Below are positions 9,599-19,672 of a stretch of 64,000 bases of DNA, piece by piece. Within the stretch, counting starts at the first letter, position 1, and each line of letters opens with the position of its first letter. Where the stretch lies: the NCBI RefSeq assembly GCF_964204645.1, contig NC_134027.1, positions 23,336,560 through 23,400,559 of the forward strand, in the 5' to 3' direction. This stretch comes from Tubulanus polymorphus. Its lineage: Eukaryota > Animalia > Nemertea. The position numbers and the translations under genes were made by a program. Below the pieces are notes generated by a model. The model had not been told where the DNA came from and ran no database searches. It saw only the letters and a program-made list of their open reading frames with translations.

Positions 9599-11203
9599 TT
9601 ACTTGATATTTTTTGATATCATATTTACTAAACCAAAAATAATAGCACTTACAACTGTAATTAAAAATAAAATAATATGTTCAGCAGCAAAGTTAATAAT
9701 GTTTCCTGCAGATTTCAATATAAAACCAACAATTGAAGCAATAACTCCTGGCAATGCTGCAGCAGATTTTTTAGATAGTTCCCATAAATATTTTGCTAAT
9801 TTCTTTAAACCATCTTTAACTTTATCTTGTATAGAATTATTGTCTGGAGGTTTATCTGGTTTATTTGGAGTAGGAGTAGATTTTAAAGCATTTGATATTG
9901 CTAAACCAATTGTTGTAAATAACATAGTTACAGATGTTAGAATTGAAAGAATTGTTATTCCTTCTAATTTAAATAATAATCTTATTCTGTCTTTTAATAA
10001 TATTTCAGAATTTGGTTTAATCAACAAATCTTTAAAAATAACTTTTAATCTATTAATATTATAATCATATGATTTTAATAATAATTTAATTTCTTCTTTT
10101 TGTAATTCTATGTTATATTCTAAATCATCTTTTACTTTTTCTAAATATGCATTTCTTTTTTTAAATTCAATTTCTTCAATAACTTTATTATCTCTATCTA
10201 ATTTTAATCGTTCTATTTCTTTATTTTTATCAGTTCTATCTTTTTCTAAAAATCTAATTTTAATATCTCTTTTACTTTTTTCATGCGCAATTTCACCAGC
10301 TGATTCTTGCATACCTTTAATTTCTCTACGTGCTTGTTCAGGAAATTCTTTTATTTCTTCATCAGTTAAATCAAATAATCCTTTTTCTAGTAAAGATTGT
10401 ATTCGATTTATTCCAGTTTCAGTACCGGGTGTATCTAAAATACTATTCATCTCTTCGTCAAATGAATGAATTGCATCTAACATGCTATCAAAATGTTTTC
10501 CTAATTGTAATTGATTTGAATCATTATCAATTTGTTGAATATCTCTTCTAGATGTTTCGGGTGTTGAAGATCTTAATTTATCTAATCGATCTCTATTCTC
10601 TTCCATTTCCGTTTCTGGATTATCATCGATTATCTTAAATAAGTCATCAATTTTTTGACTAAATACTCTTATATTATCATCTCTTTCTTTTAGTGTAACA
10701 TCAGTTATTTCATTACTAATACTTATTCTCTTAATTCTAAATGTTTCTAAATTTCTCAAAGTTGATTCCGCTAATATTTTATTTAGTTTTGTCTTTTGAT
10801 TAGTGATATCAATATAATAATCATCTTTCAAATGATAATAATATTCACCATCTAAAGATTTTAATTCTTGTACTAAATATCTGGCACCTCTGTAATTTAT
10901 ATTATATCCAGATCTTTCAAATACATCTTGAAACTTATATATAAATTCATTATTTTCTATATCTTCCTTTGATAAACCTGGAATTTCATTTTCAGGATTT
11001 ATTTTCGATCTAGTTCTTCTATCAAATTCATCTGTTGATGGGGCTTTAGAACCACTATCTGCTAAATTAGAATTATATGCTGATTCATCATCATTATCAA
11101 TATTAGTTTCATTAAAATCAGGTTGTTGTTCATCATCAATATATCCTTCATTATTATTTCCCATTTCTCCCATTTCATAATCTTCTCCACCTTCTACATC
11201 CAT
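9599..11203 (-). CDS. Coiled-coil protein with C-terminal hydrophobic/amphipathic helices (candidate virion membrane-penetration protein)
   Basis: Acidic N-terminus, long helical middle, then LKDRIRLLFKLEGITILSILT...KKSAAALPGVIASIVGFIL...AEHIILFLITVV, a type I recall from invertebrate Polintons. Confidence 0.7.
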   Translation of the reverse strand: MDVEGGEDYEMGEMGNNNEGYIDDEQQPDFNETNIDNDDESAYNSNLADSGSKAPSTDEFDRRTRSKINPENEIPGLSKEDIENNEFIYKFQDVFERSGYNINYRGARYLVQELKSLDGEYYYHLKDDYYIDITNQKTKLNKILAESTLRNLETFRIKRISISNEITDVTLKERDDNIRVFSQKIDDLFKIIDDNPETEMEENRDRLDKLRSSTPETSRRDIQQIDNDSNQLQLGKHFDSMLDAIHSFDEEMNSILDTPGTETGINRIQSLLEKGLFDLTDEEIKEFPEQARREIKGMQESAGEIAHEKSKRDIKIRFLEKDRTDKNKEIERLKLDRDNKVIEEIEFKKRNAYLEKVKDDLEYNIELQKEEIKLLLKSYDYNINRLKVIFKDLLIKPNSEILLKDRIRLLFKLEGITILSILTSVTMLFTTIGLAISNALKSTPTPNKPDKPPDNNSIQDKVKDGLKKLAKYLWELSKKSAAALPGVIASIVGFILKSAGNIINFAAEHIILFLITVVSAIIFGLVNMISKNIK

Positions 11204-11219
11204 TTACATAATAAAAAAA

Positions 11220-12521
11220 TTAAAATTTAAAATATAATATTCCTCCAATTACAATTCCTATACAAGTTATAGCTAATTTTGTATTTTCATGGGATTTATT
11301 ATCATCATTTAGTTTAATCATATCATGTTGAATTTTATCAGTTCTATTATTTTCTGATGTATTGTAATCTTTTATTTTAGAATCATTATTCAATTTAATA
11401 TTCTTAGTTTTAGTTTCAGTTGATTGAATGTGTTTTTAATTTTTTTCACCTTCTATTAATTTTGGAGCAGTAATAATCTTTTTATTTATATCATTTAACC
11501 CAAATGAATTATTTATTGTTGCAGTTTTAATTAGATTAATATAACCAATTATATTTCCCATCTTCAATACTAAATCATTAGAAATAATTAATAGATTAGG
11601 GCCTATACAATAATTTAGTCTTACATGAGATTTATCTAAATAATTTTGATATCTTATAATGTTTTCTGGAATCGATCTATTTTTATCATTATGAATTGAA
11701 TCTTCAAATAAAACTTTAAACTGTTTCTGCGCATCGAATGAAGTGTTATCATTTCCAATTATTGGGGATCTTGTTTCAACTTGAGCGCCTAAAATACATA
11801 TCAAATAAATTCTAATAGATTGATTTATTCTTTGTACACCTGATTTTGTAAAACCTTCACCATTTTCTAAAATGAAATTAACCCAACCATTATTATTATC
11901 AATTTTATAATTATGATAAGCTCCAATTCTATGCATATAATCAATTCTTTTTATTTCATACTGTTCACCAACACCTTGCAATTTACCATGCGCTCTGAAA
12001 TCGGAATTAATATTTATATTAAATTCATTACATATTTTATAAAACTTGGATATATTAATATTATTATCCAATTCTTTAAAATATTTAGACCCGGGTAAAG
12101 GACATTCTAATTCATTTAATATTATTCTGATTTGAAAATATGTGTGAAATCTAAATATTGTGTGAATTAATTTTAAATCAGAATACTTCAAATTTTTATC
12201 TAAGTTATTTAAATGATCATTCCAACTAATTCCACATCCTGTTGTTGCACAATAAACAGCAAAATTTAATTGATTCTGCCAATATTTCATATTAGATTTT
12301 ACTTTATATATATGATATTCATCTCGAGTAAAAGTAACTTCATATGTATTTAATATATTTTCCATTTTAGAAATAAAAAACTGTGATTCATTAACATAAA
12401 TTTCTAAATTAGTTAATGAATTTAAAACTACATTTTTATATGTAATATTTTTCTTAAAATCTATTGCCGGAATATTATATTTAATTGATTTATTATATTG
12501 GAAAGCTTTTGGAAACCCCAT
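11220..12521 (-). pseudogene. Conserved Polinton protein (YWQNQLNFAVYCATTGCGIS motif) with an internal in-frame TAA at 11436-11438
   Basis: The frame stays open past the TAA to a C-terminal TM anchor (HENTKLAITCIGIVIGGILYFKF*) ending at 11220. Confidence 0.7.
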
Positions 12522-12537
12522 TTATATAACTAAAAAA

Positions 12538-12972
12538 TTAATAATTTATTAATTCTTTTAATAATTTATCTTGTTCTTCAACTGTTATATGGCCATTTAA
12601 ACTTATTATATAATCTAGTGTGTTCTTTAATTTATTAATTTCTTTTATATTAGTTTTAATTTTTTCTTTATTACTTTTTATATTTAATTTTGAACTTATA
12701 CCAGTTAAAACACTTGAACTTAATCCTAATACACCAATTGATATAGCTAAAGGTGTTAATGGGCTGAATATTGCTAAAAATGTTATTACAGAACTAATTG
12801 TAACAGATCCACTAATAATAAAATAATATATAATTTTACTTTTTAAATATTTTTTCTTTTTTATCTTTAAGTCACTTTCAAATTCTAATATTTGTTTTTC
12901 TAAATATGTTTTTAATTTAGTTTTATTTATATCATGAGGAATAATATCAATACTATCAACTTTATCTTCCAT
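12538..12972 (-). CDS. Two-TM membrane protein with coiled-coil flanks
   Basis: Hydrophobic IIYYFIISGSVTISSVITFLAIF and LAISIGVLGLSSSVLTGIS segments. Confidence 0.7.
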   Translation of the reverse strand: MEDKVDSIDIIPHDINKTKLKTYLEKQILEFESDLKIKKKKYLKSKIIYYFIISGSVTISSVITFLAIFSPLTPLAISIGVLGLSSSVLTGISSKLNIKSNKEKIKTNIKEINKLKNTLDYIISLNGHITVEEQDKLLKELINY

Positions 12973-12991
12973 TTATTTAGAATAAAAATTA

Positions 12992-13414
12992 CTAATTAGT
13001 AAACTTATAAGCAACAAATATAACAATAACTGTTCCACCTAAAATCCATATTATTTCATATTTCTGTTGTTCTTTACTTGGGGTATAATAATCTGATAAT
13101 TAAGGTTTGTATAGATGTAATTTTTCATTATTTGTTACTGCGTTATATAAACTCATTGCATCATCAACTGATTGAAAATCTCTATGTGAAATCTTCTGAT
13201 CATATAATTCTTTATTGATGTAATCCATATAGTTTTGTCTCTTTTCTCTATATTCTTCTGCAGCTTTATTGTATTTCTCTAACGCTAAGTTATGTCTTCT
13301 TTGTTCTCCTAATGAACTATTTTTATCAATATGTTTAAATAAATAACCACCACCAGTAAATGCTAAAGCGTTAACAATTGCCGATCCTATAATAGTTATA
13401 ATTGCAGAAGCCAT
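12992..13414 (-). pseudogene. Small Polinton membrane protein with an internal TAA at 13100-13102
   Basis: MASAIITIIGSAIVNALAFTGG N-terminus; the frame continues after the TAA as LSDYYTPSKEQQKYEIIWILGGTVIVIFVAYKFTN*. Confidence 0.7.
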
Positions 13415-13438
13415 TTATTTAGCAAAAAAATTATGCAT

Positions 13439-13660
13439 TTATATGGGAGGAATATATTTTTGTTTTTCCAAATAATCAATAGTTAAATTAGATAAAGTAA
13501 CTGCTAATGTTAATTTTAAGATATCATTGATATCAAATCTATCAACATTTACACTTCCCATTTTGAATACTTTTTTTAATACCATTGAATAACCAACAGT
13601 TCCAACTGATAGTAATGCGCCATTATATAATCCAGTTATTATCCACTTATTATCACTCAT
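13439..13660 (-). CDS. Small hydrophobic Polinton protein
   Basis: 73 aa with two hydrophobic stretches; TAAATG start abuts the upstream stop codon. Confidence 0.65.
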   Translation of the reverse strand: MSDNKWIITGLYNGALLSVGTVGYSMVLKKVFKMGSVNVDRFDINDILKLTLAVTLSNLTIDYLEKQKYIPPI

Positions 13661-14002
13661 TTATTTATCAAAAAAATTACTATCTTCAAAATATTTAGTT
13701 ATCTTATTTATGATTAATTCAACATTTATTTCATTACTACTTTTATGATTAGCATATATTTTGGTTAATATGTTTTTAATATCATCGATGATAAAATCTT
13801 CATCTAATTCATAAAATCTTAAAGACTCGGTAATCTTTTCTACATTAAAAGTTTCTTTATCAATTGTTGTTTCATACTCAAATGTTGTTTCATTAGAAAA
13901 TGCAATATTTTTGATTATTACATCATTAATGTTAAATTTCATTTCTTTCTCACGTTTAAAATCAAACCCAAAACATATACTCGGTCCAACAGTTATATTC
14001 AT
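13661..14002 (-). CDS. Hypothetical protein
   Basis: 113 aa ORF packed into the gene array, TAAATG start. Confidence 0.6.
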   Translation of the reverse strand: MNITVGPSICFGFDFKREKEMKFNINDVIIKNIAFSNETTFEYETTIDKETFNVEKITESLRFYELDEDFIIDDIKNILTKIYANHKSSNEINVELIINKITKYFEDSNFFDK

Positions 14003-14018
14003 TTATATAGGTGAAAAA

Positions 14019-14777
14019 TTACTCTTTACATCTTATAACTAATTCATAAATTACAGGAAAGTTATTCAAATCAATTAAGTATCCATTATGATTTCTTATT
14101 TCTAATTTAAAATTATTAAATTGAGGAATACAAGGTTTGAAATCACATTCAGCTAAATTATAATTTATTTGCGTTCCAAATTGTTTAACATTTTTTAATG
14201 GTAAAATATTTAATATACTAGAATTACATGTTGTATCTTTAGTTGCTTCAAATGTTTTTGTAGGATTGATTAAATTGCAATAAATATAAAAATGTGTAAA
14301 AGGTATTATATTTGTATAAGTATCAATATTTGAATAATGTCTATCCGGAAGAATTCCTAACAGTTTAGCCATAGGTTTTTTAACTAAAAATTTATATTGT
14401 TCACCTTTATCTAACTTTATTCTTACTTTATTATTGATATCACTTTTTAAAAATTTAATTACAAATCCAGCAGCCGCGCCCATTTTTGCCCTAGCTCTTC
14501 TATTAATTTCTTGCGCTAATGTTTCTAAATTATATAATCCTGGTCTTATAAATATATGATACCATTTATCGGCATTTCTATCAAAAATCATAAACAATCT
14601 ATGTTCAATAGTTTTATCCGATATATTATGAAAAGAATTACATAAACTTATATTAACTAATTTTAAATCTACACAATTCTTAAATTCTCTATCTAATTGT
14701 ATTAATAAATTATGAGATTTATAATTTGTAAGTTTTCTAGAATCAACAAATATTCTGTATTCTTTTAATTCCACCAT
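14019..14777 (-). CDS. Minor capsid protein (penton, single jelly-roll)
   Basis: IFVDSR, NSFHNIS, IRPGLY, LLG, FYIYCNLI and LEIRNHNGYLIDLNN..ELVI motifs match Polinton/virophage pentons. Confidence 0.8.
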   Translation of the reverse strand: MVELKEYRIFVDSRKLTNYKSHNLLIQLDREFKNCVDLKLVNISLCNSFHNISDKTIEHRLFMIFDRNADKWYHIFIRPGLYNLETLAQEINRRARAKMGAAAGFVIKFLKSDINNKVRIKLDKGEQYKFLVKKPMAKLLGILPDRHYSNIDTYTNIIPFTHFYIYCNLINPTKTFEATKDTTCNSSILNILPLKNVKQFGTQINYNLAECDFKPCIPQFNNFKLEIRNHNGYLIDLNNFPVIYELVIRCKE

Positions 14778-14794
14778 TTATTTTACATATTTTC

Positions 14795-15136
14795 TTATTC
14801 GAAATCTATTTCATGGTGCCCTTTTTCATTTTTACCTTTATATATGAAATAGAAATCACCAGAATATAATTCTTCTAGATCTTCACTTGATAATCTATGA
14901 AATCTATCTGGTAAATAAGTTCTGAATTTATATTTATTTCCTTTTAATCCTTCATATTCTAAATGAATTACTAATTTATCTCCATATTTATTAGTAATTG
15001 TTTCAATGTTAGTAATTAAATATTTCTTGTGAATTGTTAACTCAGTTAGTTTTTTAAATTTATAATCTACAGATTTGACGCTTGAAGTATCTTTAATTCT
15101 ATCTAAGAATTCACTGTGTACTTGTTTACTCTCCAT
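14795..15136 (-). CDS. Hypothetical beta-rich protein (possible OB-fold ssDNA-binding protein)
   Basis: KKLTEL..KKY.I...NKYG...YLPDRF pattern; sits next to pPolB. The fold is an inference. Confidence 0.55.
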   Translation of the reverse strand: MESKQVHSEFLDRIKDTSSVKSVDYKFKKLTELTIHKKYLITNIETITNKYGDKLVIHLEYEGLKGNKYKFRTYLPDRFHRLSSEDLEELYSGDFYFIYKGKNEKGHHEIDFE

Positions 15137-15164
15137 TTATTATACAAATTTTTATTGAAATTGA

Positions 15165-18100
15165 TTAACACGCTAGAATCCTTTTCATAATCTCATTTTC
15201 TTTTGTTTCTTCTCTTTTGAATTTAATATATTCATCTAAATTGCAACCATAAGCGACTGTGTGGATTCCATCATCTAAAATATATCTTTTATCATCAAAT
15301 GGGTTTAGACTTATCTTCTCTATCTCTTCAATATACATTTCATGATCTTCAGATCTTAAACATTTCATCTTATGTTTTCTAACTTCTTCATTTGATATAC
15401 AATTGATGTAATCTTTAAAATGAATATTCTTTTCAACAACGCTTTTGGTAATTCCTTTTAACTTTTTAGCTTCGTGAGTTTTAGTTTTATAACTATACAT
15501 TTTAGATCTAATACCAATGAACTCTATCATTTCTTCACCACCTAATTCATCCTTAAACTTCCCAGGAACTTTTTTATTATCATTGGTAAACAATTCATGA
15601 TTTTTAGGATAGTTACTGAAATCAAAATGATGTTTTAATGTTTTTAAATCATCTGTTATATTATTAGTTTTTATCTTTTATATGTAACTGTCAGTATCAA
15701 AATATAAGATTTCTATATGTTTTTCTCCAAAAAGTGGTTGTAATACGTTATAGTAAAATTGATACATTAATAATTTTGAAATTTCTAAAACTGCAGCTCC
15801 AACATAAATTGGTTTATTAAATTTCATTGATGTTCTTCTCATCTTAACTGCTGCTAAATTTTCATCAAATATTCTGTTACCTATAAACTTAGGATATGAT
15901 TGTAAATGCCTTATCCTTTTACCATTACTAACTAACTCAATATCATTTCTATTTCTAATATTTTCACAAGTCTTACCATAGAACGCATTGTTCATTAACT
16001 TAAAAAAATCTTTTTCAAAATTAGTTTTAGATTTAGTTCTCTGTGTAGTATTAAAATCTATATATTTTTCTAACCATTTAGATTGATTGAATGAAATATA
16101 TCTATGTACTTTTTTTAATATCATTCCTTGTCTCAAATAAAACTTCAACATTCTATAATGCACAACGTAATTATATTTATCTTCTTGAGTTACCATTAAC
16201 TTTTCGGTATGAATATGATTATCGGGTTTAATTCTTTTTTGATAATTTGATAATTCTTCATGTTTAACAGTTTTATGTTCGGGACAATATGCTAGATTTC
16301 TAGATTTGAATTTAATATTTTCAGGGTATTCTAAATCTACAACGAAGAAGTAACCAATATCTGAATCATCTGCAATATCTAGGATTCTTTTCTTCCAATC
16401 AAATTTATCAATTTGTAAAACTTCAGTTATTTCAAACATCCCATAAGGTTGTGGTTCCATCATTGCCCAACCATAAAGATTATTTGCATCTATGTATAAT
16501 AATTTATATCCAGGATTATCATTTACATTGAAATATCTATCACCCAATACACCTGAAACACCTCCTCTTATAGATTTTTCAAATAATAGTAATTGATCTA
16601 TATTTGTTAACAAATCCATTTTTATATCTGTAAATTTTAATCCACAATCCCATGTTAATCCTGGTGATGAATAACAATGACAAGGATCAATATTGAAATA
16701 TTTTAGGTTTACATCTCTAAACCTTTCGAATATATCGGTTAATAATAATACATCTGATTTTAAATATAAATCTACTAATTGCCCATGATTTTCTATTTTG
16801 AAATGATTCCAAATATTCAATGTTCTATTATATACTTCATCTTTAACATATTCATTTTTTAATTCATCATAAAATTGTTCTTTCAATAATTCAGTTATTT
16901 TAAAATTATTATGATTTTTATAGAAAGAATATGGAATTGCTCCTTTATATCTCATTAATTTAAAATCATCATTATTTGGGTAATATTCTTTTAATATCTT
17001 TAATTCATCATCAACTAATGATTTTGATAAGTTATCTAATGAACTATTTAAAAATCTATATGAATCTATAAATCTTAGACAACCAAATTGGAATGATATA
17101 TAATTCTCAGATGTTTTAGCTAACATTCTGAATTTATAAGTTGGTATTTTATCTTTTGATCTATTTGAATTTAATCTTTCTATTTCATTATTAATTTCTT
17201 CTATTTTATGACATAACTGTTTGATAAATAAATGTGCATCATATCCTGATAGATTATGAAATATAACTGGTACAAAGTTAATTTTCTTAGCTTGTAAGTT
17301 ACAATTCTCATGCGCAGCGCCTCTAAACTTTCCATTCAAATAATCATGGTCTCTTACTTTTTTATCTTTATAATTAAATATCTTTTCACAATAATAACAT
17401 TTATCTGCAAACGCAAATTCTTCTTTATCTTCTTCTGTCATTATAATTTCTATATTTGTATTCAATAATTTACTAAATCTTATTTCATATTCAATTAATA
17501 AGTCACAAAAATGATTGATAACATTTTCATTTCTATAATGATAATATTCACTTTTCATTAGTTCTGGATAATCAGATTTTATATATAACCCGAAAGCAGC
17601 AGCTGATTGATGAATCTTTTTAATAGTATTTGTTTTTGGTGGTTCATCTGAAAAATCATTTTCATTAGAATTTAATTTCTTTCTTTTATAATATACTTCT
17701 TTTCTATCTTGATCAGTTAATTCTTTATTTAATGATTCAAAATCTCCATATATTACAAATGGAACTTTATTTTTGTAATCATATTTTTTGAATTCTAATA
17801 TTTTATCCTTTTTCATTTGGTAAAACTAATTTACAATAATCATGATTTTCACATAATTGTTTATGATTTAATAATGTACTTTCATTACTGAATCTATGTA
17901 AACATTTTCTACAAAGATATATTTTATGGTGATCACTTTCTGATTTAAAAAATAAATCGATTTGTTTAATCCACATATAATGATTCTCATAATATAGTAT
18001 ATCTATAACATCATTTGAATCATAATCTTTTGATAGTTATAAAGGTTCTAATGTATAATGTTTTATATTGTTACCTGTTGTATTTGGTAATTTGATTAAA

Positions 18101-19188
18101 TCAAATACATTTATCTTTATATTATTATCTCTTTCTATTTTTGGGATGTTTTTAATTATAACAGGATACTTATCTATCTTATAATTATTTTCAAATGGTT
18201 TATAATGAGTTAATCTACAAATATTATAAGTTGCAGGATGTAAACAACTTATTATAGACCATAGAAAACATTTATCATCTTCATTTTGTACATTTATTAC
18301 AGCATTAGTTTTAAATGGTAGTTTAATATAACTTGATGCTTCAATATCTGGTTCTTTATAATATGATACATTATTTTCATCAATTGGTTTTGATTTTATT
18401 AACTTATTATATTTTGTGTTATAAACATGTAAAGTCATAAATATTATTTCATCAAATATTAAACCAGATCCTTCAAAGTATTTCTCTTCTATTTTAGTTT
18501 TTACTTCATTATAACATTTATCTAATTTATCATCTATATGTTGTTTAGATATAATATGTTGTGAATGAGAATTTATATTATATATTGGTTTATCTTCAGA
18601 TTTTATGAATTTAACTTTTGATGAAATACTTATTTTAGGATATTCAACATCAGTTATTATTTTTATTATTTCTTTCATATTTTCTAAATGTTTTTTATTT
18701 TCTTCTAATGTTTTACCTTTATGAAATTTAAACTCGATAGCTGCTGGACCAATATCACTTTTAAATGCTTCGGTTATCTCTATATCTTTTTTATTATCTA
18801 ATGAATTAATATAATTTCTTACATCTTCCATGTATGGTCTTTTATTGTTTAATTTATTTTTTATTCTTTTAATTGCGCTTTGTTTCTTATCATTATCCTT
18901 ATCAAAATAATCTTCACCTATAATATCATTATTCATATTTCTAATATGACTTTGAGATTTCAAATGTTCTTTATAATATCTTTTATCACTGAATGATTGA
19001 TTACATGTATCACATTTGTATGTTTCCTTTTCATCCTTTAATTCATTTAATTTAGTTTCTAATATATTATCTTTATATTCTAGTTTCAATTTATTTTCTA
19101 AATGTGTTATAGTTTTATTGTGTCTTGCTTTTTGGGATTTATCTATATCGATATTACATGTTGGGCAGTAGTACTTATTTGCTTCCAT
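15165..19188 (-). pseudogene. Protein-primed family B DNA polymerase (pPolB) with N-terminal Zn fingers and an EndoVII-like insert; two nonsense codons and one frameshift
   Basis: Exo I YGDFES, Exo II FHNLSGYD, Exo III YLKSDV, motif A YIDANNLYG, motif B KLMNNAFYGK, motif C YFDTDS. In-frame TAA at 18037-18039 and 15678-15680; one extra A near 17810. Confidence 0.95.
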
Positions 19189-19672
19189 TTTAATACTAAA
19201 TTTTTTATTAAAATTGATTTTAGAAGTTCAATGATTTAAATGTTATTCATATATATGAATATTTTAAGAGTAATAGGGATAATGGGCTTTCGGGTTAAAG
19301 GTTTAATGGTCGAGTTCATTAAAAAACAAATATTAAAAGTAATTAAAAACTATAATATATTTTCATAACCGCGTGTATTTCAGTTGAACAATAGAATAAT
19401 TATTATCATTTGAATATATTTGATTATATGAATTTGTGTATTGTAAATAAATCAATTGGTCGCGGAGCGGAGCGGTAGCGAAGCGGAGCGACCAATTGAT
19501 TTAATACAATATGCATTTAAAATTATTGATATCTTAGAATAAATATTTAGTTTTGATATAAAATGCACGCGGTTATGAAAATATATTATAGTTTTTAATT
19601 ACTTTTAATATTTGTTTTTTAATGAGCTCGACCGTTCGACCTTTGGCCTGAAAGCCCATTATCCCTATTACT
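19100..19672 (-). repeat. Right terminal inverted repeat, internally palindromic over 19269-19672
   Basis: Mirror of 618-1189. The terminal motif AGTAATAGGGATAATGGGCTTTC recurs at 19269 (+) and ends at 19672 (-). Confidence 0.95.

Larger units (their letters stand above)
618..19672. mobile_element. Polinton/Maverick (adintovirus-like) endogenous dsDNA virus, full length, partly decayed
   Basis: Starts AGTAATAGGG at 618 and ends CCCTATTACT at 19672, flanked by the 6 bp TSD AGCATC (612-617, 19673-19678). Encodes pPolB, RVE integrase, packaging ATPase and capsid proteins. Intronless and much more AT-rich than the flanks. Empty site visible at 27513-27518. Confidence 0.97.

Noticed and set aside
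9603-10551. Plus-strand ORFs inside the Polinton (also 4366-4683 minus and 12620-12826 plus)
   Set aside because: Antisense shadows of the real genes, with no motifs and no TAAATG starts.
11436-18039. Alternative genetic code (TAA read as an amino acid) in the Polinton
   Set aside because: Most genuine gene ends in the element also use TAA, the residues expected at the four sites differ, and frameshifts co-occur.
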